From Puniceicoccales bacterium (lineage in GTDB: Bacteria > Verrucomicrobiota > Verrucomicrobiia > Opitutales > JAIRKQ01), in NCBI GenBank assembly GCA_031268175.1, contig JAIRXR010000011.1, positions 149,229 to 213,228 of the forward strand: a stretch of DNA of 64,000 nucleotides. The letters are read 5' to 3'. A model generated the notes under the pieces. The model worked only from the letters and a program-made list of their open reading frames with translations, was not told the DNA's origin and searched no databases. Made by a program: the position numbers and the translations under genes. This document shows, piece by piece, positions 1-9,907 of the stretch; position 1 is the first letter of the stretch; the number at the start of each line of letters is the position of its first letter.

Positions 1-1060
1 CCGATGCTTCGCCGGCTTGCAAATTGAACAGCGTCGAGATGAACATGAACGTTGACTTGGAGTGCAAATCGCTGTCATCTATGTAGAACCAGTGTCCGCG
101 GTGGCATGTGGAAACAAACGCGTTATCCGGCTTCGACTTTGAACAGTGCACACGCAGCAGCGTACCGCTGGCATTTTCTGACCAGTTGAAGGTCGATCCG
201 TCGTCGCCAACGGTCGTCTGCACGACACCGCGCTCTATGTCTTCCTGTGGCACTTCAACGGCGTGCGACAGGTAAAACAGAACGCCCATCAGCGATCTGG
301 TGCGAACGACGAGACCATCCGTGGATGACTTCAAAAAATTTCCCTCGAAGCGAAATTCATTTTTATTCAAATTCAGGCCGAGAATTTTCTTAAATTCGAT
401 GACGTCCCTGGCATCGGCGGCATCCGCTCTGATGCGCATGAGGAGCTGATGATCGTTCTCTGGGTCTATGCCGACGGTGACGCAATTGGCATCCTCCAGC
501 TTCTTCAGTAACTCGGTCATAGCATAGAACTTTTCATAGTTCGGCTTCTGCCATGGCGTCGGACCCGAGGCACTTGGAGCATTTTCAACGTCGTTTATTT
601 TTTCAATGCACGCATTGAACACGCGCTGCAACTTCCACCCGGATGACGACATGCCAAGCGCTACACCCAGCGGGATCGGCGTCATCATGTGCTTTATGAA
701 TTCCTTGCCCTTCACAGGACGGTAGGAGATCGTCGGCGATTGTGCCACTCCGAGCATGGCCTTAGGCCCATACCAGGAAGAGCGCACATTACGCATGTCA
801 TTCGTCAAAAGCTCCGATCTGTCTAGGCCAACGTCGAATCCGAGGCGCCAATTTTCCGTAACATTGCTGATCTCCAAGAAGGTCGGATTCTCCCGGTACT
901 TCAATCGCACAATATTCGCAAGCAACTGACGATCGATCGTACTCATCAGCACATCGTTGTAGCTCGGATGCGACTTCTCTATTACCTTCGGCCCAACGGA
1001 TTGGCATCCGGAACACGCAACCGCCGCCACCAAACATGACATTTTAAGTAAATTTTGCAT
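1..1060 (-). CDS. hypothetical secreted/lipoprotein-like protein, partial (its C-terminus lies beyond the window start)
   Basis: Manual minus-strand translation from the ATG at 1058-1060 (MQNLLKMSCLVAAVACSGCQSVGP...) stays open for more than 350 codons to position 1. It is absent from the ORF track because there is no in-window stop. The N-terminus is hydrophobic with Cys residues, consistent with a signal peptide or lipobox. Confidence 0.5.
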   Translation of the reverse strand, partial: MQNLLKMSCLVAAVACSGCQSVGPKVIEKSHPSYNDVLMSTIDRQLLANIVRLKYRENPTFLEISNVTENWRLGFDVGLDRSELLTNDMRNVRSSWYGPKAMLGVAQSPTISYRPVKGKEFIKHMMTPIPLGVALGMSSSGWKLQRVFNACIEKINDVENAPSASGPTPWQKPNYEKFYAMTELLKKLEDANCVTVGIDPENDHQLLMRIRADAADARDVIEFKKILGLNLNKNEFRFEGNFLKSSTDGLVVRTRSLMGVLFYLSHAVEVPQEDIERGVVQTTVGDDGSTFNWSENASGTLLRVHCSKSKPDNAFVSTCHRGHWFYIDDSDLHSKSTFMFISTLFNLQAGEAS

Positions 1061-1202
1061 CTCCACGCGCAAGATGCACGCTCCAATTAAAAGTCAACAA
1101 AAATCAACTCCGGCGAAGATTTTTGATTTCCGCCACTTTGGGCTTTTCTAGCGCGGCCCATTCCCTAGACTAATCCAGTTCGTTGTGGCGTGCGAGGCTT
1201 CT

Positions 1203-1607
1203 ATGCATGAAATTAAAAAATTATCATCGGGCAATGTGGTGGCAATGACGCTCTCCGGAAAATTGACGCACGGCGACTACGGTGAAATAGTTCCCTTTCT
1301 CTCCAAACTTATCAAAAAATACAAAAAAATTCGCATCCTGATCGAGTTGGACAACTTTGAGGGGTGGGCCGGCGTGGCGACCCTCGACGACATAGCGTTC
1401 GTGTTCAGGTACTCCGTCCACATAGAGCGCATGGCGTTTCTCGTGCACGTGCAGCAGGACAAACTGGCAATTTTAGTCGATCGACCGTTCGGCCGGGCAC
1501 TCGGAAGCAACGTTAAGTATTTTCACGAAAAATACCGCAGCGACGCTTGGAAGTGGGTATGCAGCGGGGCAAAGGACGTCGATGCCGGTGATTTTCCAGC
1601 CGATTGA
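1203..1607 (+). CDS. STAS/SpoIIAA-like (DUF3478-type) protein
   Basis: Track ORF 1185..1607, with an internal ATG at 1203 (MHEIKKLSSGNVVAMTLSGKLTHGDY...EGW). The pattern is typical of SpoIIAA-like anti-sigma-antagonist fold proteins. The start is ambiguous (a GTG at 1185 is possible). Confidence 0.5.
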   Translation: MHEIKKLSSGNVVAMTLSGKLTHGDYGEIVPFLSKLIKKYKKIRILIELDNFEGWAGVATLDDIAFVFRYSVHIERMAFLVHVQQDKLAILVDRPFGRALGSNVKYFHEKYRSDAWKWVCSGAKDVDAGDFPAD

Positions 1608-1661
1608 CAAAGTTGCAAATTTTCTTGCAAACCGCCGCAAAACGACTACAATGCTTCCGCT

Positions 1662-2582
1662 ATGGAAAACAATCACAGTAGAATTAGCGAGGGACCGGGC
1701 GGCGGCGTGAATAAAAGCCAAAGCAAAGTTGGTTCGTTTTTCAGCTACATCATAGGGTGTATAACGAAGCCGTTCAAGTTCATATACGAACGACTCTCGG
1801 GGAAAAAACTGAAAGAACGCGGGGCGAAACAGACGAAGCTGGAACAACATGAGCAGCTAGACAACAAAGCAACTATCCAAGGGAAATTGAACGCAGGAAG
1901 TGAATCCGCGAGTAGTGTAGAGCAAGAAGTTGCCAGCCAACAAACCCCAATTGAACAAAATTCTAGCTCAACCGACTCGGTATCGACAGATATCTCACGA
2001 GAAAATGAAACGCCTGGTGCTATAACCGACACGCATCTCCCACTCCAAGGTGTACAGGAACAAATTGCATCGGCAGACGTACATGCGCCACTCAAAAATG
2101 TACAAACGCTGATTTCAGGCGAACCGGTATCGACAGATATCTTACGAGGAACTGAACCGCTCGATACGATGATCGAAATGATACAAAATCAAATCGATAA
2201 TACAAAAAATATGCGTTATACGTGTGGCGATGGCGTCAACGCCGCATCCAATATGCGCAATTCACTGTTGGCAAAGGCAGAAAAAAACCTTCGTACATTG
2301 CATGATACGCTAAAGGAACTGAATAAAGGAACCAGCATCGAAATTTCCAAGGAAAAAATTTTGGAAAACACTGCCAGTATTAAAAAACTTGAAAAAACCG
2401 TGGGAAAAATGAAAATCGCGAAAGGTACGCAAGAAACTCTTTTAGGTTTGATCCATGACGCAGAAAAAATACTGCTAGAATTACTGAACAAGACAAAAGA
2501 AAAGCAGGCAGAGAAAAAGCGACAAGAAATGTTCGACCGCATGCGAAGCCTGAAGACCCAGACAGGTAATAGTTGGAAGTAA
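1662..2582 (+). CDS. hypothetical polar/coiled-coil protein with no recognisable domain
   Basis: 306-aa ORF that is rich in S/T/N/Q/E/K with no TM segments. Its local GC is visibly lower than in neighbouring genes, and it contains a 23-bp direct repeat (about 1978-2000 and 2118-2141). Confidence 0.5.
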   Translation: MENNHSRISEGPGGGVNKSQSKVGSFFSYIIGCITKPFKFIYERLSGKKLKERGAKQTKLEQHEQLDNKATIQGKLNAGSESASSVEQEVASQQTPIEQNSSSTDSVSTDISRENETPGAITDTHLPLQGVQEQIASADVHAPLKNVQTLISGEPVSTDILRGTEPLDTMIEMIQNQIDNTKNMRYTCGDGVNAASNMRNSLLAKAEKNLRTLHDTLKELNKGTSIEISKEKILENTASIKKLEKTVGKMKIAKGTQETLLGLIHDAEKILLELLNKTKEKQAEKKRQEMFDRMRSLKTQTGNSWK

Positions 2583-2673
2583 AAAAATCGATTAATTAAT
2601 CATTCTCCACAGCATCCTTGCATTTGTGGTAATTTTGGCTAGACTCCGCGGGGAGTGTTGCTAGAAGGGTGCA

Positions 2674-3285
2674 ATGGGAAGTTATTTACCGCTACCGTAC
2701 ATATACGAAAAGGATGGCCGCAACGAACGGTCGTGGGACATTTACAGCAGGTTGCTGAAGGATAGAATCGTCTTCATAGGCACGCAGATCGATGATTTCG
2801 TTGCAAATGCCGTGGTCGCGCAGCTGCTGTTCCTGCAGATGGAGGACCCGAAAAAGGACATCCACGTCTACGTGAATTCCCCGGGCGGCAGTGTAACGTC
2901 CGGCATGGCAATCTACGATACCATGCAGTTCATGCGCTGCGACGTCGTCACCTACTGCATTGGGCAAGCGGCAAGCATGGGCACAATTTTACTCGCCGCC
3001 GGCACGAGGGGCAAGCGCTACGCTCTGCCGAATAGCAGAATCATGATACACCAGCCCACCGGAGGGGCCAGTGGACAGGCCTCGGACATATCCATTGCCG
3101 CAAAAGAGATTTTGCGCTGGCGCAAGGTGATAAACGAAATTCTCGCCAAGCATAGCTCGCGCAGCATCGAGCAAATCGAAAGGGATTCCGACCGCGACTT
3201 CTTTATGACGGCCGCCGAGGCAAAGGAGTACGGAATAGTGGATGCCGTGATAGAAAATAAGGCCGACATCCCGGAATCAAAGTAA
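2674..3285 (+). CDS. clpP: ATP-dependent Clp protease proteolytic subunit
   Basis: Conserved ClpP motifs are present: the GQAASMG active-site Ser, MIHQP His and the RDxxM region. Length is 203 aa. Confidence 0.9.
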   Translation: MGSYLPLPYIYEKDGRNERSWDIYSRLLKDRIVFIGTQIDDFVANAVVAQLLFLQMEDPKKDIHVYVNSPGGSVTSGMAIYDTMQFMRCDVVTYCIGQAASMGTILLAAGTRGKRYALPNSRIMIHQPTGGASGQASDISIAAKEILRWRKVINEILAKHSSRSIEQIERDSDRDFFMTAAEAKEYGIVDAVIENKADIPESK

Positions 3286-3290
3286 TTTCT

Positions 3291-4028
3291 ATGCCTAACT
3301 ATACCAAAGAAACCATCGGCGTCATCGGCGGATGCGGAGTGGCTGCCGCCAACGAGCTGATGTGCCGCATCGAAAGAAAATTAACGGGATTGGGATGCAC
3401 CGATGACAGCCAGCAGCCGGAGATAATACTGTTTCAGGCAACACTCGCACCGAACAGAATCGCCTTCGCAGCCGGCAAAAGCACCGTCTCCTTCGTCCCA
3501 CGCTTCATCGAAGTCGGAAAAAAATTGAAGGCGTGCGGTGCGACGATCTGCTGCATTCCGTGCAACACCGCCCACTGCTCCATTGGCGAAATTGAGCGAG
3601 GTGTTGGGCTGCCATTCGTAAACATCATAGGCGAAACCATGGCGTTCATCGTAGCGGAGTATCCAGCAGCAAGGAAGATCGGCATACTGGGCAGCTCCGG
3701 GACGAAATTTTCAAAAATTTACCAAACGCACGCCGCAGAGATGAAACTTACCCACGAATTTCTGTTTCCAAGTGAGGAATTGCAGCGAACAGTCGATGGA
3801 GGAATAGCCGCGGTGAAAAGTGGACTACCCTACGCTTCACCTGCGAAGGCACGGGCATTTTTCACGGGAGCTGCCGACGATCTCACCGCGCAGGGTGCAG
3901 ACGTCATCGTGCTTGGGTGCACGGAAATTCCACTGGCCATGAGGGACAAAACCCACACGGGGAAGCCGATAATCGACACTCTATCCGTCCTCGCTGGAGC
4001 ATGCATAGCCAGGTGCAAGCGCGCCTAG
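3291..4028 (+). CDS. aspartate/glutamate racemase family protein (Asp racemase-like)
   Basis: GVIGGxG N-terminal motif, the PCNTAH and GCTE catalytic-Cys motifs and length all fit the Asp/Glu racemase family (PF01177). Confidence 0.65.
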   Translation: MPNYTKETIGVIGGCGVAAANELMCRIERKLTGLGCTDDSQQPEIILFQATLAPNRIAFAAGKSTVSFVPRFIEVGKKLKACGATICCIPCNTAHCSIGEIERGVGLPFVNIIGETMAFIVAEYPAARKIGILGSSGTKFSKIYQTHAAEMKLTHEFLFPSEELQRTVDGGIAAVKSGLPYASPAKARAFFTGAADDLTAQGADVIVLGCTEIPLAMRDKTHTGKPIIDTLSVLAGACIARCKRA

Positions 4029-4046
4029 TAGCCCACTGGCCGGCGG

Positions 4047-4367
4047 TCACAGTGCATTTATGGATGCGATGATGTCCGCCTTTGCCACCATCCCGACGGA
4101 GCGACTAACTTCGACGCCGTTGCGGAAATATATGATCGTCGGAATTGATTGTATGCCGAATTTTTCGGCAAGCTCCGGACATTCGTCGATGTTGACCTTT
4201 GCGACCACTGCGAAACCTCTAACTTCATCGGAAACTTGTTCGATAAGCTGGGCCATAGCCCGGCATGGCCCGCACCACGGCGCCCAAAAATCGACAACGG
4301 CAGCATCGCCACTATTCACGGTTTCAAAGAAATTTGTCGCATCAAGCTCTTTCATGGTTACTGTCAC
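4047..4367 (-). CDS. trxA: thioredoxin
   Basis: WCGPC active site, 106 aa, typical thioredoxin fold sequence. Confidence 0.85.
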   Translation of the reverse strand: MTVTMKELDATNFFETVNSGDAAVVDFWAPWCGPCRAMAQLIEQVSDEVRGFAVVAKVNIDECPELAEKFGIQSIPTIIYFRNGVEVSRSVGMVAKADIIASINAL

Positions 4368-4515
4368 AGAGCGATAGGATTATTCATGACTGGCGCAACT
4401 ATTTTGTGCGGCGCCTCCAAATGGCCTTCGATACCGTGCGCGTCGCTTGGCCAACTTTCCCAAGCTTCGCGAAAATTTTGGCGATAGTTTTCGGCGGAGA
4501 TTGTGCGCGAATTCG

Positions 4516-5229
4516 CTAGCTATCGAGTTCGGCAGAAAGAATTTCCAACTTTGTACGACGGTGATTAATTATATCGGAAATTTCTATTATTTTTGGAATC
4601 CAGACACCGTCAAAATTTTTGAACGAGCCGATGGAGATTCGCCTGCCTACCTGCCGCCTGTCCACCATTAAATCCACCCGCAAAATGATCATTAATTTTT
4701 CATCGATGAAAATCTTCATACTGGAAAATTTCACGCCTCCGATGCGAAGGTCTATCTGCCTGGAGAATTGCTGCATCGATCGACTGGCTACCTTCATCGG
4801 TCCGACATAGGAATATTGCTCATCGTCGGCAAAGATGAACAACAGGTCGCGGGGCGACAGGATCAAATTTTCGAAAAATGGTTCATCGACTTCGAAGGCA
4901 CTTGGCTCAATATTTTCCAGCTCTCCATCGCTCATGATGCAGCGTGCACCACCAAAATTTATGGAGAAAGTTTTTTGACCTTTGGTTGGGGCGAAAATCA
5001 GTTCGCCAAATTTTTTGCTACTTGCATTCAGCGGATCATACAACTTAACCTTGCACCTCCACTGCGAACTGATCTGGGCGGAATTCTTGCGCACATTTTC
5101 CAAAAATTCCTGCGCGCGCGCGTCGGACATGTAGCTCAGAACATGCAGGTCGCGTCCACACACCGGAGAGCAGATCAGCGCAAAGCACGCAGTGGCTATG
5201 GCAAAACGTGCTGACCTCGGCGCTTTCAT
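4516..5229 (-). CDS. secreted LolA-like / outer-membrane lipoprotein-sorting-like hypothetical protein
   Basis: N-terminal signal peptide (MKAPRSARFAIATACFALICSPVCG). The size and beta-rich composition resemble LolA/DUF4292-type proteins. The assignment is weak. Confidence 0.35.
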   Translation of the reverse strand: MKAPRSARFAIATACFALICSPVCGRDLHVLSYMSDARAQEFLENVRKNSAQISSQWRCKVKLYDPLNASSKKFGELIFAPTKGQKTFSINFGGARCIMSDGELENIEPSAFEVDEPFFENLILSPRDLLFIFADDEQYSYVGPMKVASRSMQQFSRQIDLRIGGVKFSSMKIFIDEKLMIILRVDLMVDRRQVGRRISIGSFKNFDGVWIPKIIEISDIINHRRTKLEILSAELDS

Positions 5230-5534
5230 TTATCAGGAGCTTTCGCGTCTGGAACAATGTTCTCAAGGTTTATGCCCTCGGCATAGCTCTGCCTGTGCGC
5301 ATTTGCACGGATGTGCAGCATGGACAGCACGAATGCTACGATAAAAAACGTGGCGATGCCGCTCACGGTCCACTTCGTCAACACCTTCGCCGTATCGCTG
5401 CCAAAGGCGAATTCAGCAGCCCCGCCTCCCAGGGAAAAACCCATTCCGGCATTGGCCGACGGCTTTTGCATAAGGATGACCAAGACGGTGAAAACACTCG
5501 TGCAAACCAGGAAAAAGGTCAAAAATATCACCAT
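5226..5534 (-). CDS. secG: preprotein translocase subunit SecG
   Basis: MVIFLTFFLVCTSVFTVLVILMQKPSANAGMGFSLGGGAAEFAFGSDTAKVLTKWT matches the SecG pattern (LLQxGKGxGxG...FGxxGxxxFLTR). The track ORF extends to 5600, and 5534 is the internal ATG consistent with SecG length. Confidence 0.6.
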   Translation of the reverse strand: MVIFLTFFLVCTSVFTVLVILMQKPSANAGMGFSLGGGAAEFAFGSDTAKVLTKWTVSGIATFFIVAFVLSMLHIRANAHRQSYAEGINLENIVPDAKAPDK

Positions 5535-5938
5535 GGCGAACGCATTTTCGAGCCAAAATGGCCATAAACGCCCGCTTGGCAAGAAAAAATTTCCCGGCAA
5601 TTGGAAATCCGCCCCGCGGATCCTTTCTGGAAAATCATCGGGCTAGGCTTTCTGCTTGTCCTTTGCGCTCATAACCTCGCCCTTGGCAAAGGTCTTATTC
5701 CCTTTTCCCTGTCCAATTTCCCTATCCAAGAACCTTACACGCTTGCTCTGCTCGCCTGCTCCACTTGGCCCATCCAACGACTTCTTCTCTTTAACTTCCA
5801 TAGCTTGGGCAATTCTACAAAAAAAATGGCACAAGCAAAGAACAAAAGTACCGGCGGCGTTTTTTCACGGGCGAAAGTAGGCAAATGGCGCACGCCGAGA
5901 CCTAAAAAGCACCGGAGCACAGAATTTGCGGGCTAAAA

Positions 5939-6526
5939 TCACCAAATTTGGTAGCGCACAAACTGCTTTACCTTGATGTTTTCGCCGATTTTTGCGATCA
6001 TTTGTGCTATGTGTGCCCCAACTGAGTGCTGCTGATCCTTCACGAATGGCTGGTCGAGCAAGCAAACCTCGCTATGCCATTTGACCAATTTTCCTGCGAC
6101 GATCTTCTCGACGACATCTTCTGGCTTGCCGACACACTGGGCAGCCGCTATGGCACGCTCACTACCCACAACCTCCGGTGGAATCTCGTCGGCGGAAACG
6201 TATGCCGGAGACATTGCGGCTATGTGCATGCAAATGTCTTTTGCAAGCCGTTGAAATTCTTCGTTTCTCGCTACGAAATCCGTTTCGCAATTGAGCTCCA
6301 AAAGGACTCCGATGCGGCCACCACCGTGGATGTAGGATTGTATCGTACCCTTCGAAACGTCGCGGCCGGCCTTCTTCGCAGCGCTGGCAACGCCCTTTTT
6401 CCTCAAAATCACAATGGCCTCTTCCATGTCGCCGCCAGCCTCAACCAAGGCCTTTTTGCACTCCATCATGCCGGCACCGGAGCGTTGCCGCAGGTCGTTG
6501 ACAATCTTTGCGCTAATCTCTACCAT
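5939..6526 (-). CDS. tsf: elongation factor Ts (short form)
   Basis: MVEISAKIVNDLRQRSGAGMMECKKAL N-terminal UBA-like motif plus the dimerisation domain. The track ORF runs to 6541. Confidence 0.85.
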   Translation of the reverse strand: MVEISAKIVNDLRQRSGAGMMECKKALVEAGGDMEEAIVILRKKGVASAAKKAGRDVSKGTIQSYIHGGGRIGVLLELNCETDFVARNEEFQRLAKDICMHIAAMSPAYVSADEIPPEVVGSERAIAAAQCVGKPEDVVEKIVAGKLVKWHSEVCLLDQPFVKDQQHSVGAHIAQMIAKIGENIKVKQFVRYQIW

Positions 6527-6537
6527 GACAACCTCCA

Positions 6538-7374
6538 TCAATTTGCGCCGTCCGCCGCGCTGGCAGCAGCCACGCCCACGTCAGCAATTACAGACATTTC
6601 ATCCACGATCTCGCGCGACATTGAGACATCTGGGACGACCGTTATCAAATCATCGGCTGACAGTAGTTTTTTGCGCGATGACTTGCGCTCACCCCTGATG
6701 GCTATGCCCTCCTGGACGCCTTCCAAAAACAACCCAACTATCATCCTTATGGCCTTGGCGGAGTCGTCGTTGCACATAATCGGATGATTCACCTGCGTCG
6801 GATCGGAATTGGTATCAACGATGCCCACAACCGGAATTCCAATCTTTTTCGCCTCGGCGACTGCTATGCCCTCGTGCATCACGTCGACAACGAACAGCGC
6901 ATCGGGCAATCCTTCGATCTGCATCAATCCTTCAAATCCGTTGCGCATGCGGTTCATTTCGCGGCGAACGGATGCGCCCTCCTTCTTGTGCATCTTGGCG
7001 ATCTCACCATCCTCATCCATTTTTAAAAATTTTCTGTACTTGTTCAGGCTGCGCTCGATCGTTTGAAAATTCGTCAGTGTGCCGCCCAACCAGCGGTTTA
7101 CGCAAAATGGCATTTCCACCGAAATCGCCCCCTCTTTCACAACGTCCTTCGCCTGTTTTTTCGTTCCAACGAACCAAACATTGCCACCGCCGGCAACTGC
7201 ATTTTTTGCCATTTCGCACGCCCCTTCGACCTGTTCGCACGTCTTCGCAAGGTCGATGATTGTTATGCCATTGCGATGATCAAAAATATAGGGCCGCGTT
7301 TTTGGGTTCCAACGCTTCTTCTGGTGTCCGATATGGACACCCGCCTCGAACAATTCCTGCGGCGAGGTTCTCAT
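6538..7374 (-). CDS. rpsB: 30S ribosomal protein S2
   Basis: LFEAGVHIGHQKKRWNPK and VDTNSDP motifs. Sits immediately upstream of tsf, the canonical rpsB-tsf operon arrangement. Confidence 0.9.
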   Translation of the reverse strand: MRTSPQELFEAGVHIGHQKKRWNPKTRPYIFDHRNGITIIDLAKTCEQVEGACEMAKNAVAGGGNVWFVGTKKQAKDVVKEGAISVEMPFCVNRWLGGTLTNFQTIERSLNKYRKFLKMDEDGEIAKMHKKEGASVRREMNRMRNGFEGLMQIEGLPDALFVVDVMHEGIAVAEAKKIGIPVVGIVDTNSDPTQVNHPIMCNDDSAKAIRMIVGLFLEGVQEGIAIRGERKSSRKKLLSADDLITVVPDVSMSREIVDEMSVIADVGVAAASAADGAN

Positions 7375-7517
7375 AGTGCCTTTCTCCGTTCAGCGGGGCC
7401 GCGAACCATTCGCCGCACGAGCATCCTTGGATTTTCTAGTAAAACTAATAATTAGTTTGGACGCTGCATATAAAATCGACATTGACAAGATTTTTTTGAA
7501 AATTTTTCACAGAGTAC

Positions 7518-8513
7518 ATGATAGTCGGCATAGAAAGCTCCTGCGATGAATCCGCCGTCGCTCTGTTCGATGGAGCGCTCGGCATCATCCACGAGGAAAT
7601 CGCCTCCCAAATTGATTTGCACGGTGCATACGGCGGCGTCGTACCGGAATTAGCTGCCAGGGAGCATGTGAAAAATTTCATACCCCTATTCGAAAATTTG
7701 AAAAATTTCGACGTCGGTGGTGTTAGGCTGGTTGCCGTCACCGGAAGCCCCGGATTGCCGGGATGCGTAAACATCGGGATCGCAGCGGCAAAGGCGCTGG
7801 CGCTCATTTTTGGCACACCGGTCGTCGGAATCAATCACCTGCATGGCCACCTGTTCTCGCCGTTCATAGGCATCCACGAGGACGATCCGGGACACTTTTT
7901 TGCAAATTTAACTTCCCACCTGCCGCACATCGGACTGCTCGCTTCCGGTGGCAATACGATTCTGTTCAAAATATCCGAAGGCATGGAAATTACGACCGTC
8001 GCAGAAACGCAGGACGACGCTGCGGGGGAAGCTTTCGACAAGGGTGCAAAATTGCTTGGATTGCCATACCCCGGTGGCGCGCTGGTGGAAAAATTCGCCG
8101 AGCTTGGAAATGGAGAAAAATACCCGTTTCCCAGGGCGTTCGCCGACCCAGATACCATGAAATTCAGCTTCTCCGGCCTGAAAACCAGCCTGCGCTACTT
8201 TTTGGAAAAATTTGACGGAGACGTGCGGGAACACATGGGCGATATTTGCGCGTCCTACCAGGCTGCAATCGTCGGCGCGCTCGCGACGAAGGTCGGACAC
8301 GCCATCGTCAAATTTCCGGATTGCAAAAGCCTAGGCATCAGCGGTGGCGTCTCTAACAACGGCTTTCTGCGCAATGCAATTCGTGCGCTAGCGGAAAAAT
8401 TCGGCAAAAAATTTCTATCACCGCTTCGCCGGCACAGCGGTGACAACGCTGCGATGATAGCCTTCGCCGCCCACATCGCAAATGCCTTCCCTGGCATGGC
8501 CCAGCCGCTTTGA
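7518..8513 (+). CDS. tsaD: tRNA N6-adenosine threonylcarbamoyltransferase
   Basis: GIESSCDES N-terminus (Kae1/TsaD signature) and His-rich metal site HGHL. Length is 331 aa. Confidence 0.9.
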   Translation: MIVGIESSCDESAVALFDGALGIIHEEIASQIDLHGAYGGVVPELAAREHVKNFIPLFENLKNFDVGGVRLVAVTGSPGLPGCVNIGIAAAKALALIFGTPVVGINHLHGHLFSPFIGIHEDDPGHFFANLTSHLPHIGLLASGGNTILFKISEGMEITTVAETQDDAAGEAFDKGAKLLGLPYPGGALVEKFAELGNGEKYPFPRAFADPDTMKFSFSGLKTSLRYFLEKFDGDVREHMGDICASYQAAIVGALATKVGHAIVKFPDCKSLGISGGVSNNGFLRNAIRALAEKFGKKFLSPLRRHSGDNAAMIAFAAHIANAFPGMAQPL

Positions 8514-8515
8514 TG

Positions 8516-9685
8516 TCACTTCATCTGTGAAAAGCTCGGCACGCCACCCTCGTAGTAACATCTAACTTCGCCGATGATTAGCGGAGAGGCGTATTTGAAA
8601 AATGGAACGTCAAGTGACATGGTCTCGGCGGAATACCACGCATCCGGAAATTCCTTCCTATTGTTCGAAACATTGGCAAGGTCCACGCAGCTCACTTCCG
8701 AGGTGTACTTGCTGCTATCGGTGCGCAGCAGCGTAACCATTTTGCCGCTCGCACCAACGGAAACGGCAAGCTCCAGTGCCTTCTGCGAGCACAATTCCGC
8801 CTCGGCTACGTCGGTCCCGGACAGAGTCATGCAGGACGTCACTTCCCAGTCGCACAGCGCTATTTTGTCTATCTGCACGTCAAAATTTGCCCTGGCAATG
8901 AATTCAACGTGCTCCGCAGCGCTCCGCTGGGAAGCCAAATTTTCCCCCTTCACATTTACCAGCCTATCCCCAACGACAATCACGCAATTTCCCACATCCT
9001 TTACCGTTTGGTGCGTATTTTTTACGAACATCCCTTCGTCGAATTTCGATAGAATCGTCAAATGTGGAGCCTCGGAACTGTCCCTGCGAAGCCGTGCCAG
9101 CGTCGGACCGCTGATCAGCCACTCGTTGGTGCATCCCCTGAGTTCGAGGATCGTTATCGCTCCATTCGGCTGGATCGACTGAAGGTCCGCCACAACACTC
9201 TTCGCCATCACCGCCAGATGCTTCGCCATGGAGCCGTACCCAAGGCAGTGGTCCGTAAGCTGCATCGCGTTTGTGGCGGACGTTGGTATAAGCATTACGC
9301 GCACCTCATAGCCGATCCTTTTTGCAGCCTCGTCCAAATTTTTACACTGACCAACGACGGAACTGTCGCCTATGGCAAACAGGTAGCGGATGTCGTATTT
9401 TCGTAAAATTTCCGAAACCTTGGCCATCTCGACGGCATCGTGCGGCAGGACTTTCAGCGCCGCTCCAGGGGTTCCGATCAAATTTGCTATGCTTTTCTGC
9501 GGTTGCCCAGCCAAATCAATTAGTTGCCCACTCAGCAGGTTCTGAAGACCTCCGACGCAACCATAAACCTCCCCGATGCAATCGTAATTCAAGGCTCTTC
9601 TGATCAGCGCCGCTAAAATTACATTCGTAACCGCCGCCGGCCTCCCCATTTGTAAGATTAAAACATTCCCGCTCAACTCTTTCAT
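8516..9685 (-). CDS. phosphofructokinase-family protein (divergent and probably non-catalytic)
   Basis: PFK-fold landmarks are recognisable but changed: the GGxAPGxN region reads MGRPAAVTNV, GGDGS reads IGDSS, and PKTIDND reads PTSATNAM. A TDHxxG(Y/F) segment is conserved as in PPi-PFKs. Confidence 0.5.
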   Translation of the reverse strand: MKELSGNVLILQMGRPAAVTNVILAALIRRALNYDCIGEVYGCVGGLQNLLSGQLIDLAGQPQKSIANLIGTPGAALKVLPHDAVEMAKVSEILRKYDIRYLFAIGDSSVVGQCKNLDEAAKRIGYEVRVMLIPTSATNAMQLTDHCLGYGSMAKHLAVMAKSVVADLQSIQPNGAITILELRGCTNEWLISGPTLARLRRDSSEAPHLTILSKFDEGMFVKNTHQTVKDVGNCVIVVGDRLVNVKGENLASQRSAAEHVEFIARANFDVQIDKIALCDWEVTSCMTLSGTDVAEAELCSQKALELAVSVGASGKMVTLLRTDSSKYTSEVSCVDLANVSNNRKEFPDAWYSAETMSLDVPFFKYASPLIIGEVRCYYEGGVPSFSQMK

Positions 9686-9907
9686 AGAACCTAACTTTAT
9701 CGGAAACCTGTTTTTAAAACCAAAATAAGCAACAATTTTTTAAATTTTTCAAATGCTAAAGACCGCTGGCGGCGCCTTAAATTCTTTACGGCACTTTCAC
9801 TGCGAAAGCCGTCCGCCGTGCGGCTTTGCGCGTGCAAATTTCGTGAGTGCAATTTGCACAAAGAAATCTACTTGACAATCACCATGGCATTTACATGTGT
9901 TCCCACT

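Noticed and set aside
798-1037. Track ORF of 79 aa on the minus strand
   Set aside because: It lies in a different frame, inside the much longer (more than 350 codon) minus-strand ORF that runs from 1060 to beyond the window start. It is most likely a spurious overlapping frame.
1978-2141. Two identical 23-bp segments 140 bp apart, checked as a possible CRISPR repeat
   Set aside because: There are only two copies, they lie inside a coding region, and they encode a repeated peptide. This is not a CRISPR array. No CRISPR-like arrays were found anywhere in the window.
5643-5801. Small minus-strand ORF (MEVKEKKSLDGPSGAGEQSKRVRFLDREIGQGKGNKTFAKGEVMSAKDKQKA) in the 340-bp gap between secG and tsf
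   Set aside because: It is a basic, possibly nucleic-acid-binding peptide, but I recognise no family and see no clear RBS. I left it as unannotated intergenic, and it deserves an HMM check.
6026-6787. 253-aa plus-strand ORF across tsf and rpsB
   Set aside because: It is antisense to the rpsB-tsf operon and has no homology features.
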